DNA from: Trichinella spiralis
Lineage: Eukaryota
NCBI RefSeq assembly: GCF_000181795.1
Contig: NW_003526943.1
Span: forward strand, 7,585,566 to 7,649,565
Direction of reading: 5' to 3'
DNA length: 64,000 bases
This document shows positions 14,421-26,977 of this stretch, piece by piece. The stretch's first letter is position 1; every line of letters starts with the position of its first letter. The position numbers were made by a program, and so were the translations under genes. Below the pieces are notes generated by a model. It was not told the DNA's origin and made no database searches. It saw only the letters and a list, made by a program, of their open reading frames with translations.

Positions 14421-16241
14421 GGAAAATTTCTCTGAGACGCATGAAGAAAAAAAAATACATATATGTATATTATCAGACAACAACAGTGCATTTATGGTTT
14501 TTTATTCATCTTATATATTATTATTATTATATTTTTTGAAATGAGCAAATGTTTTTGAAAAAAGAAACTCGACAGCAGTAGTATATGTTGTCTGTCTGTC
14601 GTCTGTTTTGTATTTCTTATTATTTTTTAAAAAACACTACTCCCGGGCCACTGCTGTACTATATATATATATTTATTTATTTATCTGTAATCTTTTTTAC
14701 TCCAGCTTGAAATTGTTGCACTGTTTATTTTTTGCTGTTTTCATTTTTGTTCGCACTTTTTCTCATTATTATTAATTTATTTATTTGTCATAATATTTAT
14801 ATATATGAAACAAAAGTTTGTTGTTTTTTATTATTTAAAAAAATCTTTTACCTGCGCCACTGACTTTGCCGCCACTGTTGTGCATCACGCATTATTTTAT
14901 CATTGGATAAATAAAACTTTGTTCGTTGACACTGGTTCTCGTTTGAAAAGTATGTATATCATCATCTTCTTTTTCAATTCCATCAGTCGGCTTTATTCTG
15001 TTTTTCAAATAAATTACCAACATGTAAATTTGCATCTCTGAACGAACAGTTGGACCACACTATATATATATGCACCACAAAGTAATGGCTGAAATGCTGA
15101 CCACTGAGAGCAACAACAACAATTCACCAAAACCCACTACTCACTGAAAGCATCTGCTTGATGAAATTCTTCTTTTTGATCAGTGACAGTCAGAACTGAA
15201 GCGAACCAGGATCATACATACATACATACATATACATCTCTGTTCATGAATACACGCACAATACACACACATACACACAGAGCGGTCGTTTCATAAAGAT
15301 GCATACCTCTGTGGTGGATCCCACACAAATCAGAGACTCACAGTGGAAGAAAAATGGGGTTGTTTATGGAGATATTTCACGGAGCTTGTACATTAATAAA
15401 AAAGAAGGAATATCTTTTTCAACCAAAAGCTCGAACTGTTTGGTTTCACCATTGACTATTGTTCCATTACCTCTTAAGCACTCACTATTCGTTTGCGACT
15501 CTTCTTAGTGAAATTTTTTTTCCATATTATATATGTCTATTATTTATTTTTATGAAAATTAAAGAATACATCATGTGTATTTTTTGAGCTTTACGCTAGC
15601 CAATGAATAATGACTTTCCCATTAACAGTGTAATATCATTTTTTTGCCAATAAAATAAATAAACTTTTTGTTCATTGACCGTGAGTGCTTTTAGTGCAGT
15701 AAATTTAAATTTTCTTTCTTCAAATAATTTGATGAAATAAATGTAAACAAAAAATGCAAGTTAATTAGCTACTGAAAAATAATGACAGAAAAGAATGTTT
15801 GTTTTGCTTGTTGTTGAAATGGTTAAACGATGGTTTATTCAAATTCAAACTGACGTTAGTGGAATCGATTGATTTCCGTTTATTAAACAAATTCAGATGG
15901 AAAAAGAGAGCTAATCGAAAATTTTGAACTAGAAAAATTGTTTAAATTGGCAACAATTAAGTAAATATGTACTTTAAACAAACTAACTTTAAAATATCTG
16001 CAACTTTAAAGGAAATTTTTAAAAATGAGCTCTGTTCGTTAAAATTAGAAAAACCCAGTCAGTAGCCAGTTAGGCAGTTGCAACATCAGTAGTGACAGTG
16101 GCAATAATTTCTTCTCACAGTTTTGCTGAAAGCAAACAAATAAGTACACTTGACCAAGAAAGAAACAAACAAGCAGAAAACAACAAACGGATCGTCTATT
16201 TTCCAATGCTACCCTATTCAGAGCATACTGTAGAGCTCCGA

Positions 16242-18682
16242 ATGTTGGTGACGGTGACGGCAGTAGCAGCAGCTCTTTTGGTCCAGTTATCTCCATGTTC
16301 AGCTTTAATCGACGATAATTACGATATTGAAGATTACATAAGTCTTGAAGTCGCAGAAAACAACGATGCAATTAAGAATCTTTTCCAATGCCCTATAAAC
16401 AAAATCTGCGGCATTTACCAATATCCAAATGAACTGACGCAAGCAATGCCGTACGATTTGGCAATGGCTTTGGCTATTCAGCAGTGTAAAAAATTAATGG
16501 TAAACGGAAATCTGCCTGACGGCTTCATCAAATCGGAATATAAAATTCCTGGACCTAACAGTCCTGAGTGGATTAGAAGCATTTTGCCACCGTCGTCAAA
16601 ATTTGTCTACAACCGGAACAACGAAAATGCCATAGTGTTAAATAGAAATGGAACATTCAGCATGATTCCATTTTCCGAAACGTTTGGCACAGAAGATTTC
16701 ATGAAAGGCTTTGCATCACTAAACACTCCTTTATGCATATCTCCATTTTCATTAGAAGGAAATGGATTTCAGAAGCACCGATGCGATTTGGCCAAAAAGT
16801 ACACCCATTTTATCTGCATTGGGGACAAAATCAGAAAGTGCAACCGTTATGACCAGAACAAAAACTGCATCTGCCCGCCAAACAGGAGCGGAACCATGTG
16901 CGAAATCAGTGAGTTGTGTCACTTTGAAAATCTTTTTATCTTTTTCAGTTATGGAAATTTTAAATTGGAAAATTATATTTGAAAATTTTTTAATTTTTTC
17001 AACATTTTCTACGTTATTTTTCTCTTTCAAACAATCTTCCGCTTGTTCAGAATCGATCAGCAGCGAATATAATCCCTGCCAAAACGGTGGTACTTACTAT
17101 GCTTCCTTGAGGGGCAACATTTGCCTATGCAAATCGCCATACAAGGGGACCTATTGTAAAGGTTTGTTAATTTTGTTCTTATTGAACAATTTTTCAAAAT
17201 TGTTCATCAATTTCCGTTTTGCATTTGTTATATATACATTTATTTATTTATTTATTTATTTATTTCATTTCGTGCTCTTTCAGATAAATTCCTGTGCTAC
17301 GAAAAACCCTGTCTGAACAACGGTGTGTGCAAAAGTGATAATTTAACGCACCATTCCTGTGAATGCAGACTACCTTATTGGGGAGAACGTTGTGAAAGTA
17401 TGTTTGTTTCTTTCCTTCATTTCCATTTATCATATTTTCGACTATTAATATTTTTTTAAAAGTATTATAAATCAACAAAACATTCAAATTCAAAACATTA
17501 GAAATCAAAAATCGATTGATATCGAACTGAAAAACTGCAATGCTCGCTCTCTTTAACTGACAAGACGATTTATTTTACAGATGTAAATTACTGTTTGGAA
17601 GGTAAAAATCCATGCAACAATGGCGGAACGTGTGTAAAAATAGAAAATTTATACAAATGTATTTGTCCACCTGGATATGCTGAGCCATTCTGCAGAACTG
17701 GTAAAATGCCTCATTGCTCTTATTCTTTCTTATTTTTTCTTTTAAAACAATTTTATTTTTATCAACACTGTTTCATAACACTAAATTTAAATTTAATTTA
17801 GATTATTCAGCTTCCTACAGATTCCATATTTGCATTGGAATTGCATCGTATCTGCTTGTGACTACAGTAATATTTTGTTGTGTGTTTATGCATTGCAACA
17901 AAGTGTATAGTGGCAAGTTTAAACTTTTAGAGCAAGGTCTTTTATCAGAGGTACAACAAATACATATTACATATTGTTTTTTATGTCATATTAAATTATT
18001 TAAATGCTATTATGCATAATTTTACATTTAATTATCGATCTGTTACTTTAAATGACGTTCATTTAAAAGAATGAATATTCTTTTTTTAATATTCACAGTT
18101 TGCTTTTTTAATTTGTTGATCAAAACTATTTTCATGATGCATTTGAAGCAGGCTGAATCGACAGTAAAGACGGAAATGAAAGAAGAAAAGAAACTGAATA
18201 AAAACATTGACACTCCAATAAAACCATCTGCTACAGATAAGAAAAAATTAGAAGGTATAATATTCTTTGAAAATTCTACTATTTCATAACTGTAGAATTC
18301 AATTCAGAAATTTTTGACTTTAATTAATCTTTCGTAACTTAGCTGTAAAAGTAATGCAATGGCTAAGATTAACACGTAACAATAAATGAAAAATTACTCT
18401 TTTTAAGCAGTTGAGAGAATGACAAAATGCTTCATGTATGTGTACAATATAAGCAGTGCAATTTTTGAAAGTCAAAATTGCATTTGACTATTTATTCATT
18501 TAGTTATGTGTCATATTTAGTGTTTATTTCTGCTGTTTGATTCATAATGATGAAACTATCTGCATAAACTAAAAACATTAATAGAATTTTATTTTTTAGG
18601 TGAGATAAAGAAACCTGAGAAGGATTATTATGTTATTCCTGAATTAAGTGATGAAGGATTCATGGCATCCAATCCAAGATGA
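16242..18682 (+). CDS. Type I transmembrane protein: signal peptide, C-type-lectin-like N-domain, about 4 EGF repeats, TM helix, short cytoplasmic tail
   Basis: Exons 16242-16908, 17051-17161, 17284-17397, 17581-17701, 17802-17950, 18152-18254, 18600-18682 splice in frame. Signal peptide MLVTVTAVAAALLVQLSPCSA; EGF motifs PCQNGG, PCLNNGVC, PCNNGGTC on phase-1 exons; hydrophobic ICIGIASYLLVTTVIFCCVFM; tail ends KDYYVIPELSDEGFMASNPR*. The CTLD call is tentative. Confidence 0.75.
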
Positions 18683-18919
18683 ATTTTACACAATAATTGA
18701 TCTTATAATAATGATTTAAATTTAATAAAATGCCACATTTTTGATATTGTTCTTGTTTGCTGACTTGCAATTTTAATTGAAAACTGAAAAAGTAGCATTT
18801 AAAATATGAAATTACATCATAATTGCTTTTAAAGCATTCTGCAGTTGTAAGGTAATAAGGGCATATCATGTTCATATTAGTAAAGTGAATTCCGCAATCC
18901 AGCGAAAATGTTGGTATAA

Positions 18920-19820
18920 TAAATACATATTGCACATTGTTTTTTTATATCATATTAAACTGCTTTAATTTTATTATGCAGAATTATATTTAAGTATAAT
19001 TAAGCTGCTATTTTAAATGACGCTCATTTTGATATTCAACTTGAAAAGTAAATTTACTGCCTTGTAATGTTCATTTTCGAATGGATAAATTTGTTGATCA
19101 AAACTATTTTCATAATGCATCTGATGGAAGCTCAGTCAGTTAAATCGACCGAACCAGAGGAAGTGAAGGAAGCGGCATAAGTGGAGAAAAGCATCTATTT
19201 CAGCTATTACAAAATTGGAAATTAAGATATTATTTTAAAATTATATTTTTCCATAGCAGTAGATGGAATTCAGTTCAACAATTTTTAACTTTAATTCATG
19301 TTTCATAACTTAACTGTAAAAGTAATGCAATGATTAAGTTTAACAAATAGCAATAAATCACCAATGGTTGCTTTCAAATAGTCGAAGAGAAGGCAAAATG
19401 CTCGATGTATGCTGCAAGCAATGCAAATTTTGAAAGTTATAATTGCGAAATTGCATTTTTGATGATTTATTTGTTTGTTTATGTTTCAGCTTTTTATTTA
19501 AAGTGTTTGAAGAATAACAATGAAACGGAAAATTTCTTGATAAACTTTAATAGATTTTTCTTTATTTAGGTATATAAAAGTCGGTTGACAGCGACTGCTA
19601 CATTATTTCTGATTTACATGACCAGGTTTCATCAAATTGGATTCAAAATGAATTGGATGCAAACATTTATTTTATCCTTATAATTTACATTTACTTAGTG
19701 ATCAAATAAAATTTTGATATTGTTCTTTTCTATCGACTTGAAATTTTAAATAAAGCTGTATTCAAATTACACGTGGCATTTAAATACAAAACTTCAATGA
19801 TGCAGTTGTATGGTAATAAA
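18920..19820 (+). pseudogene. Decayed tandem duplicate of the last two exons, introns and 3' UTR of the EGF-TM gene
   Basis: Colinear similarity to about 17955-18860, e.g. tttgttgatcaaaactattttcat (18112 and 19090), ctgtaaaagtaatgcaatg (18343 and 19314), tgcagttgtaaggtaataa versus tgcagttgtatggtaataa. Both copied exons contain in-frame TAA. Confidence 0.75.
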
Positions 19821-20302
19821 AATAAATTTAAAATGTTTATATGAAGTTTGTAATACAATGTGAATATGTTCAAAAATTATCACTAATTTTATAAAAAAAC
19901 GTCCAGAATAATCAAATATTAAACAGAAATGCAGTGAATAATTTAGTTCGAATAATTAGATAGTTTTGGAATAAAATATTCTCTATATAAAAAAATAATC
20001 ACGTGCAATATGCCGACATTTGCAAACAATATGTAATTATATTTATATTAAGATGTAACAAATTATGATATGATGCTGATATTTTTTTCCATCAGGAACC
20101 AAATTATTTTTGCTTTTTATATTATTTTCATATTGTCGTGATGGGTAACTGGATTTTTTACCATTGTGCAATAAAATTTAGCAGTATAAAAATTTCTTTT
20201 TTCTTCATAAAATTTAATCGGCATTACTACGGTAACTGAATCAACTGCATAAATTTAATTTGAGAAATTTTCAATTTTATTTATTTTACGTATGAACAAT
20301 TT

Positions 20303-23300
20303 TTATTTTGCACTGTTGTTCTTATCCCCATTTTCTTTTGTTTCAGTCGAAACAGAAAAATGGTACAACAATTGCTTACTGAAGAATGTGCTATATGAGT
20401 TGTTCAGACGGAGATGATCTGAAATTAAATAAATCAAATGTACAGTAATGGAATTTCAACTGAAGGCAGAAATTAAATTTATTACACATTTTTTGCAATT
20501 CAAATCATCAGAGTAATCTATCAATATTGTAATTCGATTTATCAGATTTAGAATCTTCTGAAAAAAGCAGTTTTTGCATATGTATATGTATATGTATATA
20601 TTATATGAATGATACTTTTTAAACAGTTAACAAATTATTACATGAATGTCAATTATCTATCTAATTACTATCTAATTTTTAAACAAAAAATACGGTATAT
20701 TTTCCATTTACAAGATAATGTTTACTTACAATATCCATTCTTTTCCACTTTAAGACTACCAAATTCTGGTACCATATGCATCTGCAGTCGAAAATAAGGA
20801 GTAATCATTTCCATTTCATCTACAGACGTGAGTGATTGGTCTGTAGTAAAATAAATTCCAACACCAATGTCCTGATTGCTTGTACTTTTAATATACCAGC
20901 TAAAATGAATTTTTTTTGCTAATCAAGTAAAAAAGTTACACTATTGAAAATCATTTACTTTAAAACCGAATTTGATTTGGTTACATGAAGTGGAATCAGT
21001 TTTTGCGACTGACGCCCAATTGTTATTTCTTGTATATCTGCTGGTCTGTAACAATCATTGAAATATAATTCACGCGGAACGAGGCCACCGTATGATATCT
21101 GAAAATATTTTTAATTAGCATTGCTCAGTATTTTTTTCTTAACTTTTAGGCATTACTAAAAAAAATTAGTCCACGTCATTCCTTCATTTTAGAAATTATT
21201 TTCATTCAATGCAATCTGGTAATTTTGAAAATGAAGTTGCATAATAATAATGATGATGAAATAAAAAAAGCAATGTATTTATCAATGAAGGATAACAGCC
21301 ATTTAAACTTCAGTGTAATTATAAATGGAAACTGAATTCTATTATCATTTGCTAAATTGAAACATTATAAACAATTTGAAATACTTCTTCGTAATTGAAC
21401 AAAATTTCTGCATATGCCACTTGTGTTTAAAATTCTACACTGAAAATTATATTTAAGCTTGCATTCAGCGGGTCTGTTAGCAAACTGAAGAATGTACTAA
21501 TAAGAGAACAAACACTAAGATATTCTCTTAAATCTCTAAAAATTTAGAATTAAGAAACTGATCTTTGTGGAAAACTGCATATTTTATAATTCTAAATACG
21601 GAACTTAAATAAAAAAGCATTTTATTAAAGAAGAATAAATTTGTCAAAAAATAAACTTTTTATATTCTAAAAATATGAGTAATGATTAATAAATTTGTTT
21701 GGAAAACAGTATTTTTGAGTTTACTTACTTTATGAGTACACTTTGGATCATTATTATTTCCATAACAGTGCCCGCCGTAATAAGCAGGAATGTATTTAGC
21801 AGGAATGTCCTTTTGTAATGCTTCCTTGTAATCATCTAAAATAAATACATTAACTTGTATGTTTTACTTATGTAAATGTGCAATTAACCTCCTAAAATTT
21901 GAATTTTCCGCTTTGTATTTTCATCCAAAACCGGTCGAATGATGGAATATATCACGTTGAAAATGTTTGGTGCTGAAACAGACAATAATAAACTGCTGAA
22001 CATTTAAGAGACTTTAATGCTAATAAATAAAATGTTCGTGAAGAATCACATTCATTTTTATAATTGCAGCTCATAAAACATTCCACAACAATTGCAAACA
22101 TTTGAAATTGAATGTCATTAATTAGAAAAGAAATGACAAAAAATAAAATTATATGAAGTCTGTACTTTTACCAGCCAAACTGAATAAATGATAAATTAGG
22201 TAAAGGAAGATTATAGAAATTACATAAAGTTATTTATTTTAACAACATACATACCATTAATAACATAAAGCTTGTACAAAATTTCTGGAGCGTGTTGTTC
22301 TAAATTTGAAGCAATCTACAAAAATGCTAAACTCTTATAAAAATTATTCAGATAGCATAAAGCGCAATGAATTTTTCAGGAATATTTTTCTACTGCTAGG
22401 AACCTGCAAAAAGATGTCCACTCCAGGCTTCCATAAGTGTTGAGATCCAATGCCCTTTAAATCCAGGACATAAATAGCTTGAAAAATGCATTTTTGTTTC
22501 TAATAATTAAAAAAAGAAAATAATTGTCATTGCAAAATAAAGTTTCAAAAAATATTACCTACCTCCTTTGATAACTGTTCGCATAATAAACGAGTTTCTT
22601 CCTGCCAAATTAGCATTGTTAAAAGCATCTGACTTCCTTTAAACGATGATAATAAACCTGAAAATGGTTTTCTTCAGTTATAATTAGTGATGATATGATA
22701 AATAATCTTCATTAAAATATGTTTCGAAAAATTAGATAAGTCGAAAAGAAAGCTATCAATTAAGACAGTTTAAGGCTTTGTTGTTATGATTCTGTTTGGT
22801 ATTAATATTATTATAAAAATTATATTAACTAAAAACTGGCATGCCTGCTTTCTTTATGAGCTTTGATTGCTAAAGTGTAATTTAATAAACTGAATTACTA
22901 CCTTTTGGATCTATCCCACCAAAAGGAAAGTAAACCACTGGTCTTCCTTCGTTGTCTTGGCCGAAATCTCCTCGTGTAAAATACTTCGCAAATTGTGGAT
23001 TAATGGCAATCTTTTTCACTGGTGACTCATCATCCAGATGCATTACTTTTCGATATTTCAAATGCTTAAAATAATGTATCAAAACATTTAGTTTAAATAT
23101 TGCACCCTATTTAATATCGAATGCTGCTCATAATTTTAATACAGTATTTAAACAAAAGTTGTGATTTATCATTCAAATACTGCATTTATCTGATTTTTTT
23201 ATATTCATAGATTTAATTCAGTCGAAATTTGTTAATTCTTAGATGAATAAATGCCTTACATTTCAAATTTTAGGTCAAGAGCTCGTTTCACTAGAACTTC

Positions 23301-24574
23301 GTCTGTCCTTCTTGTTTACTGGTTATTGATGTCAGAATATACAGATCGCCTAGGAGAAGAATCTTGCAAAAATTTTGAAAAATTTTTTTCTCACTATTCT
23401 TAATATTTAGAGCAAAGTGAAGATAGTTCGTTTAATTTGAAATGATCATTCTACTCCACTACGAGTGCAGATGCTGAATAAATGAAGACAAGTTTCATGT
23501 CCCCACAAGTACTACAAAGAAAGGTTATTCAAATTGGCGAGAAGAAAAAGAATTCTAGAATTAAAGTTTCATAATGTAATGCTGCTTAATTTTTCCATGT
23601 AAAAAATTTGATGATCAAATTTGAAATATCAACACGCACAAAAGCAATTCGGCAAAACATACGGCTGTAATACAGCTATTCAGTTGATATTTTATACAAT
23701 TCAGTTTCATATTTTAAAGATTAAAATAATTTTAATAGGATATTTCAGCGGTTAATTTGAAATAGCTTAATGTTGCTCTCAGGCACTGCTTGTGTTCCTC
23801 TTATTTTTTAAGCTGAGAAATTAACTTTGAAAAATTTCCTTGCTATTTAAGAACTTTTAAATGCAAATCAGGCTACAAAACAATTTTCTTATCATTCATC
23901 TTTTTTTCAATAAATTTCATTCGATTTCAATTATATATTATTGCTCTATTTTGTTTTTATAGAGTACTTCCAGAGAAAATGTTGACAACAATTCAAAACA
24001 AATTTAATTAATAAGTTTGCCAGTTTTTAGCAATGATAAATTGTACTTATCAGAATTATGATTAATTTTTATTCTGAAATCTGCACTTAATAATGTAAAA
24101 TTTGTCTTTCTTTAAAAATAACTGCACAATAAATTTAAGCATAATATGATGTGAACGTAAAATAGTAAAAGAAAAAGGTAATAATCAAAGCAATACGTAT
24201 ATATATGTATATACCTCTCGAAGCATTGCTTCTGCTTTGTTAATATCAAATTTTCTGGCTAAATTTTCAAAATTATAAACAATTAGAAGCAAGTTAAGAA
24301 AATATAATATAAAATAAAATAATACCTCTCAGCCATCTGAGCAAAAAAATGGGATTTTTGAGAAAATATAATTTATCTGAATCAGCTTCAAAACGTCGGT
24401 AAAACTGAAAGGAGAACACAAATTGCACATTTTGTCAATACAAAAAAGCAAAATAAACAAACAACCAAACAAAATAAATAAACAAATAAGTAAATATACT
24501 TCTTCGTGTATTTGTTTTTGCCTTTCGGAAAGTTTGGACATCTCTGATTCGTAAATTGTATTGCTTGTTAGCAT
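20303..24574 (-). CDS. SEC14-like lipid-binding protein (CRAL-TRIO_N + CRAL-TRIO + GOLD; SEC14L2-type)
   Basis: Minus-strand exons splice to MLTSNT...LLRWLRARKFDINKAEAMLRE...GQDNEGRPV...IDPKGLL...VLDLKGIGSQHLWKPG...APEILYKLYVINAPNIF...ENTKRKIQILG...IPAYYGG...DPKCTHKISYGGLVP, then a GOLD domain ending LNNSYSTFFSKQLLY; stop at 20303. Confidence 0.9.
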
Positions 24575-26977
24575 GGTTTAGGATGATGATGTGTCCAAAA
24601 ATATTATATACAGCAGCTGATAGAAATTTCTCTACTGGGGTTTTGTTGTGCTGTTGTTGGGCTTCCGACCTTGAAATTGGAATATATTCTAGGCTGGATG
24701 TATGTTCAATGTGTTGAAAATTGGCAAGTTCAAGTTGTTGATGTGCTGTTCACTGGTCTGATGCTTGACAGCAAATGCTGCTACACGTCAGCCAGCCTCT
24801 GTTATGCCTGCGTTCTGGTTTCTGTAAAACCCGTCCCTGACCTGCCGTCGCATGATTCTTTTCTTCTTGTCGTCAACTGTTTTGACAGTTCTAATGCAAA
24901 TGTCTTCGTTTCAACCGTTTCAAAGCTGCTCAAATTGGCTTGGCTAAATGCAATACAGCAACAACATCACAACGACCTGATTTTTTCAAAGAAATATACG
25001 ATGAGAATAATTTTTTGTATCTGTTGTTTTTGCAATTTGTTGCGATTTCTTTTTTTTTTCTTTTCTCAATCACCCCATTTCAATCAAGCAAATTTACTAC
25101 TGTAAATTTTTGAGTCTCTTTTTTTTTAAATTATTATTATTCAAAATTGAAGGGATTCTAAAGCTGAAGGTCAGTAATATATAGCTTCATCGTTACTAGT
25201 ATGCCTAGCGCATCCAATACAACAATGAACAAACTCCAACGTATAAACTGAGACCTTTGAGCCTGACAACGCTTGAACAATGAATAACCAAAATGGCTTG
25301 ATCGATTAGATTTGCAATACTGTTGGTGAAATAAATTTTTCTACATCATTTTCTTGTCGACCATTAATTATACAAATGACATTGGCAAAGAAAACACACC
25401 CATACAGTTTAACCTTTGCCGTTTTCGTTTCATTTCCCATTTTTCAAGTCAAGTTTAAATTAAAATTTCAATTTAAAAATTAAATTTAAATAAAAACATG
25501 TTGTATACGATTTGAAAATACTACTACTACTATTATTATTATTCACCATGTGAAATATTTATATCTAAATAGTCACGCACATATTGTTTGAATTAATAAT
25601 TCTTCTTCTATTTTCAAACCTTAATCTCAATCAAAATCTTCTGATGCATTTTTCTGATGATTTACATAAATTACATGATGATGATGATGATGAATTATAT
25701 ATTAAAAAACTTCATTATTAATGATTAATACGTGTATGAATAACATGACATCAGCAATTATGAGTAATGTTTTATTTGTTCGCTTCATTCCAGTAGTATC
25801 AAAGTTTTCTGAAAATGTGCATCATATCAAAAAATAACGTAGGTGTTAACAGCAAAAATCAGTCAACAATCAACAGCAACAACAGTTCCAATTAAATGTA
25901 TCTACTATCAATAGAATCAATAAGTAAACTACGTCAAACGTAAAATTGTATAGTGTAAAATTTGCAATTAAACCATATCTTGTCATCTATCAAATATAGC
26001 TGTATAGAAAATTTTTAGTTTCAAAAAAATCTACTACGCATTGCTATTCATTATCTAAAAAATAGCTTTATAAGAATGAAACAAGAAAGCAATAAAATTA
26101 TACTGTATTTAAGTTATACTGACAGAGGTTTACACAACAGCCCTTTGATTTCTATCCTCCTTGTTATATGGTAAAAGTTCTATTTTATATACTTTAGCTG
26201 ACAAAATTTTACTTGAAAATTTCAAAACTTGTAAAACTTAAGCTTTTAAATTTTACTGAAATATTACAATTCAAATTCTCCTAACACTGTTCATTAAAAT
26301 TACCTATTCGCATGTTCAAATAGCACCGTAAGAGACCGTAAGTATAATAAACTAAAAATGCCATTGAATATTTTTATTGGACCTAATTAAGAAAATTTCC
26401 TTTAGCGTTTAATTAATCTTGTGATGAAGTAAAATTTGAAAAATTAAATTCAGAAATATATTTTTTGCTGATTGAAGTAGGAAGCATTAAAGATAGCATT
26501 TCTGATAATCAAGTTATGTTCTTACTGTAAATCATCAATTAATTTGCTATGAGATGAAGAAGCAGTTTTGGCCATTGCTGGTTGACTATAGAATCAAAGT
26601 AATATTTTTGAAGCGAAATTAAAACTCCATCATTTATATTGCTGATTGGTTCAGTCAAGTATACAAATAAGCAAGTTTCGGGTATGAAAATTTATTATTA
26701 TGTTATTAGTTTAGTATACATCTGTATATATATGTATTATGTGTTTAGTTTATGACTATATTTGATATTTTAAATGATTGTAATTATACTATTATTATAA
26801 GCGTTGGCCGTATTTGCTTTTAATAAAAAATTATGATAGTGAATTGAAATTGAAAATTATTTAGTTACTTGGCCAATCTGTTATATTCATTTGACTTTCA
26901 GATGACTGTTTCTTAAATTGGCTGTATATTTACATCGGCGATATTTTATTGTGAAGAAATTTAAATTACAAAGCCTT

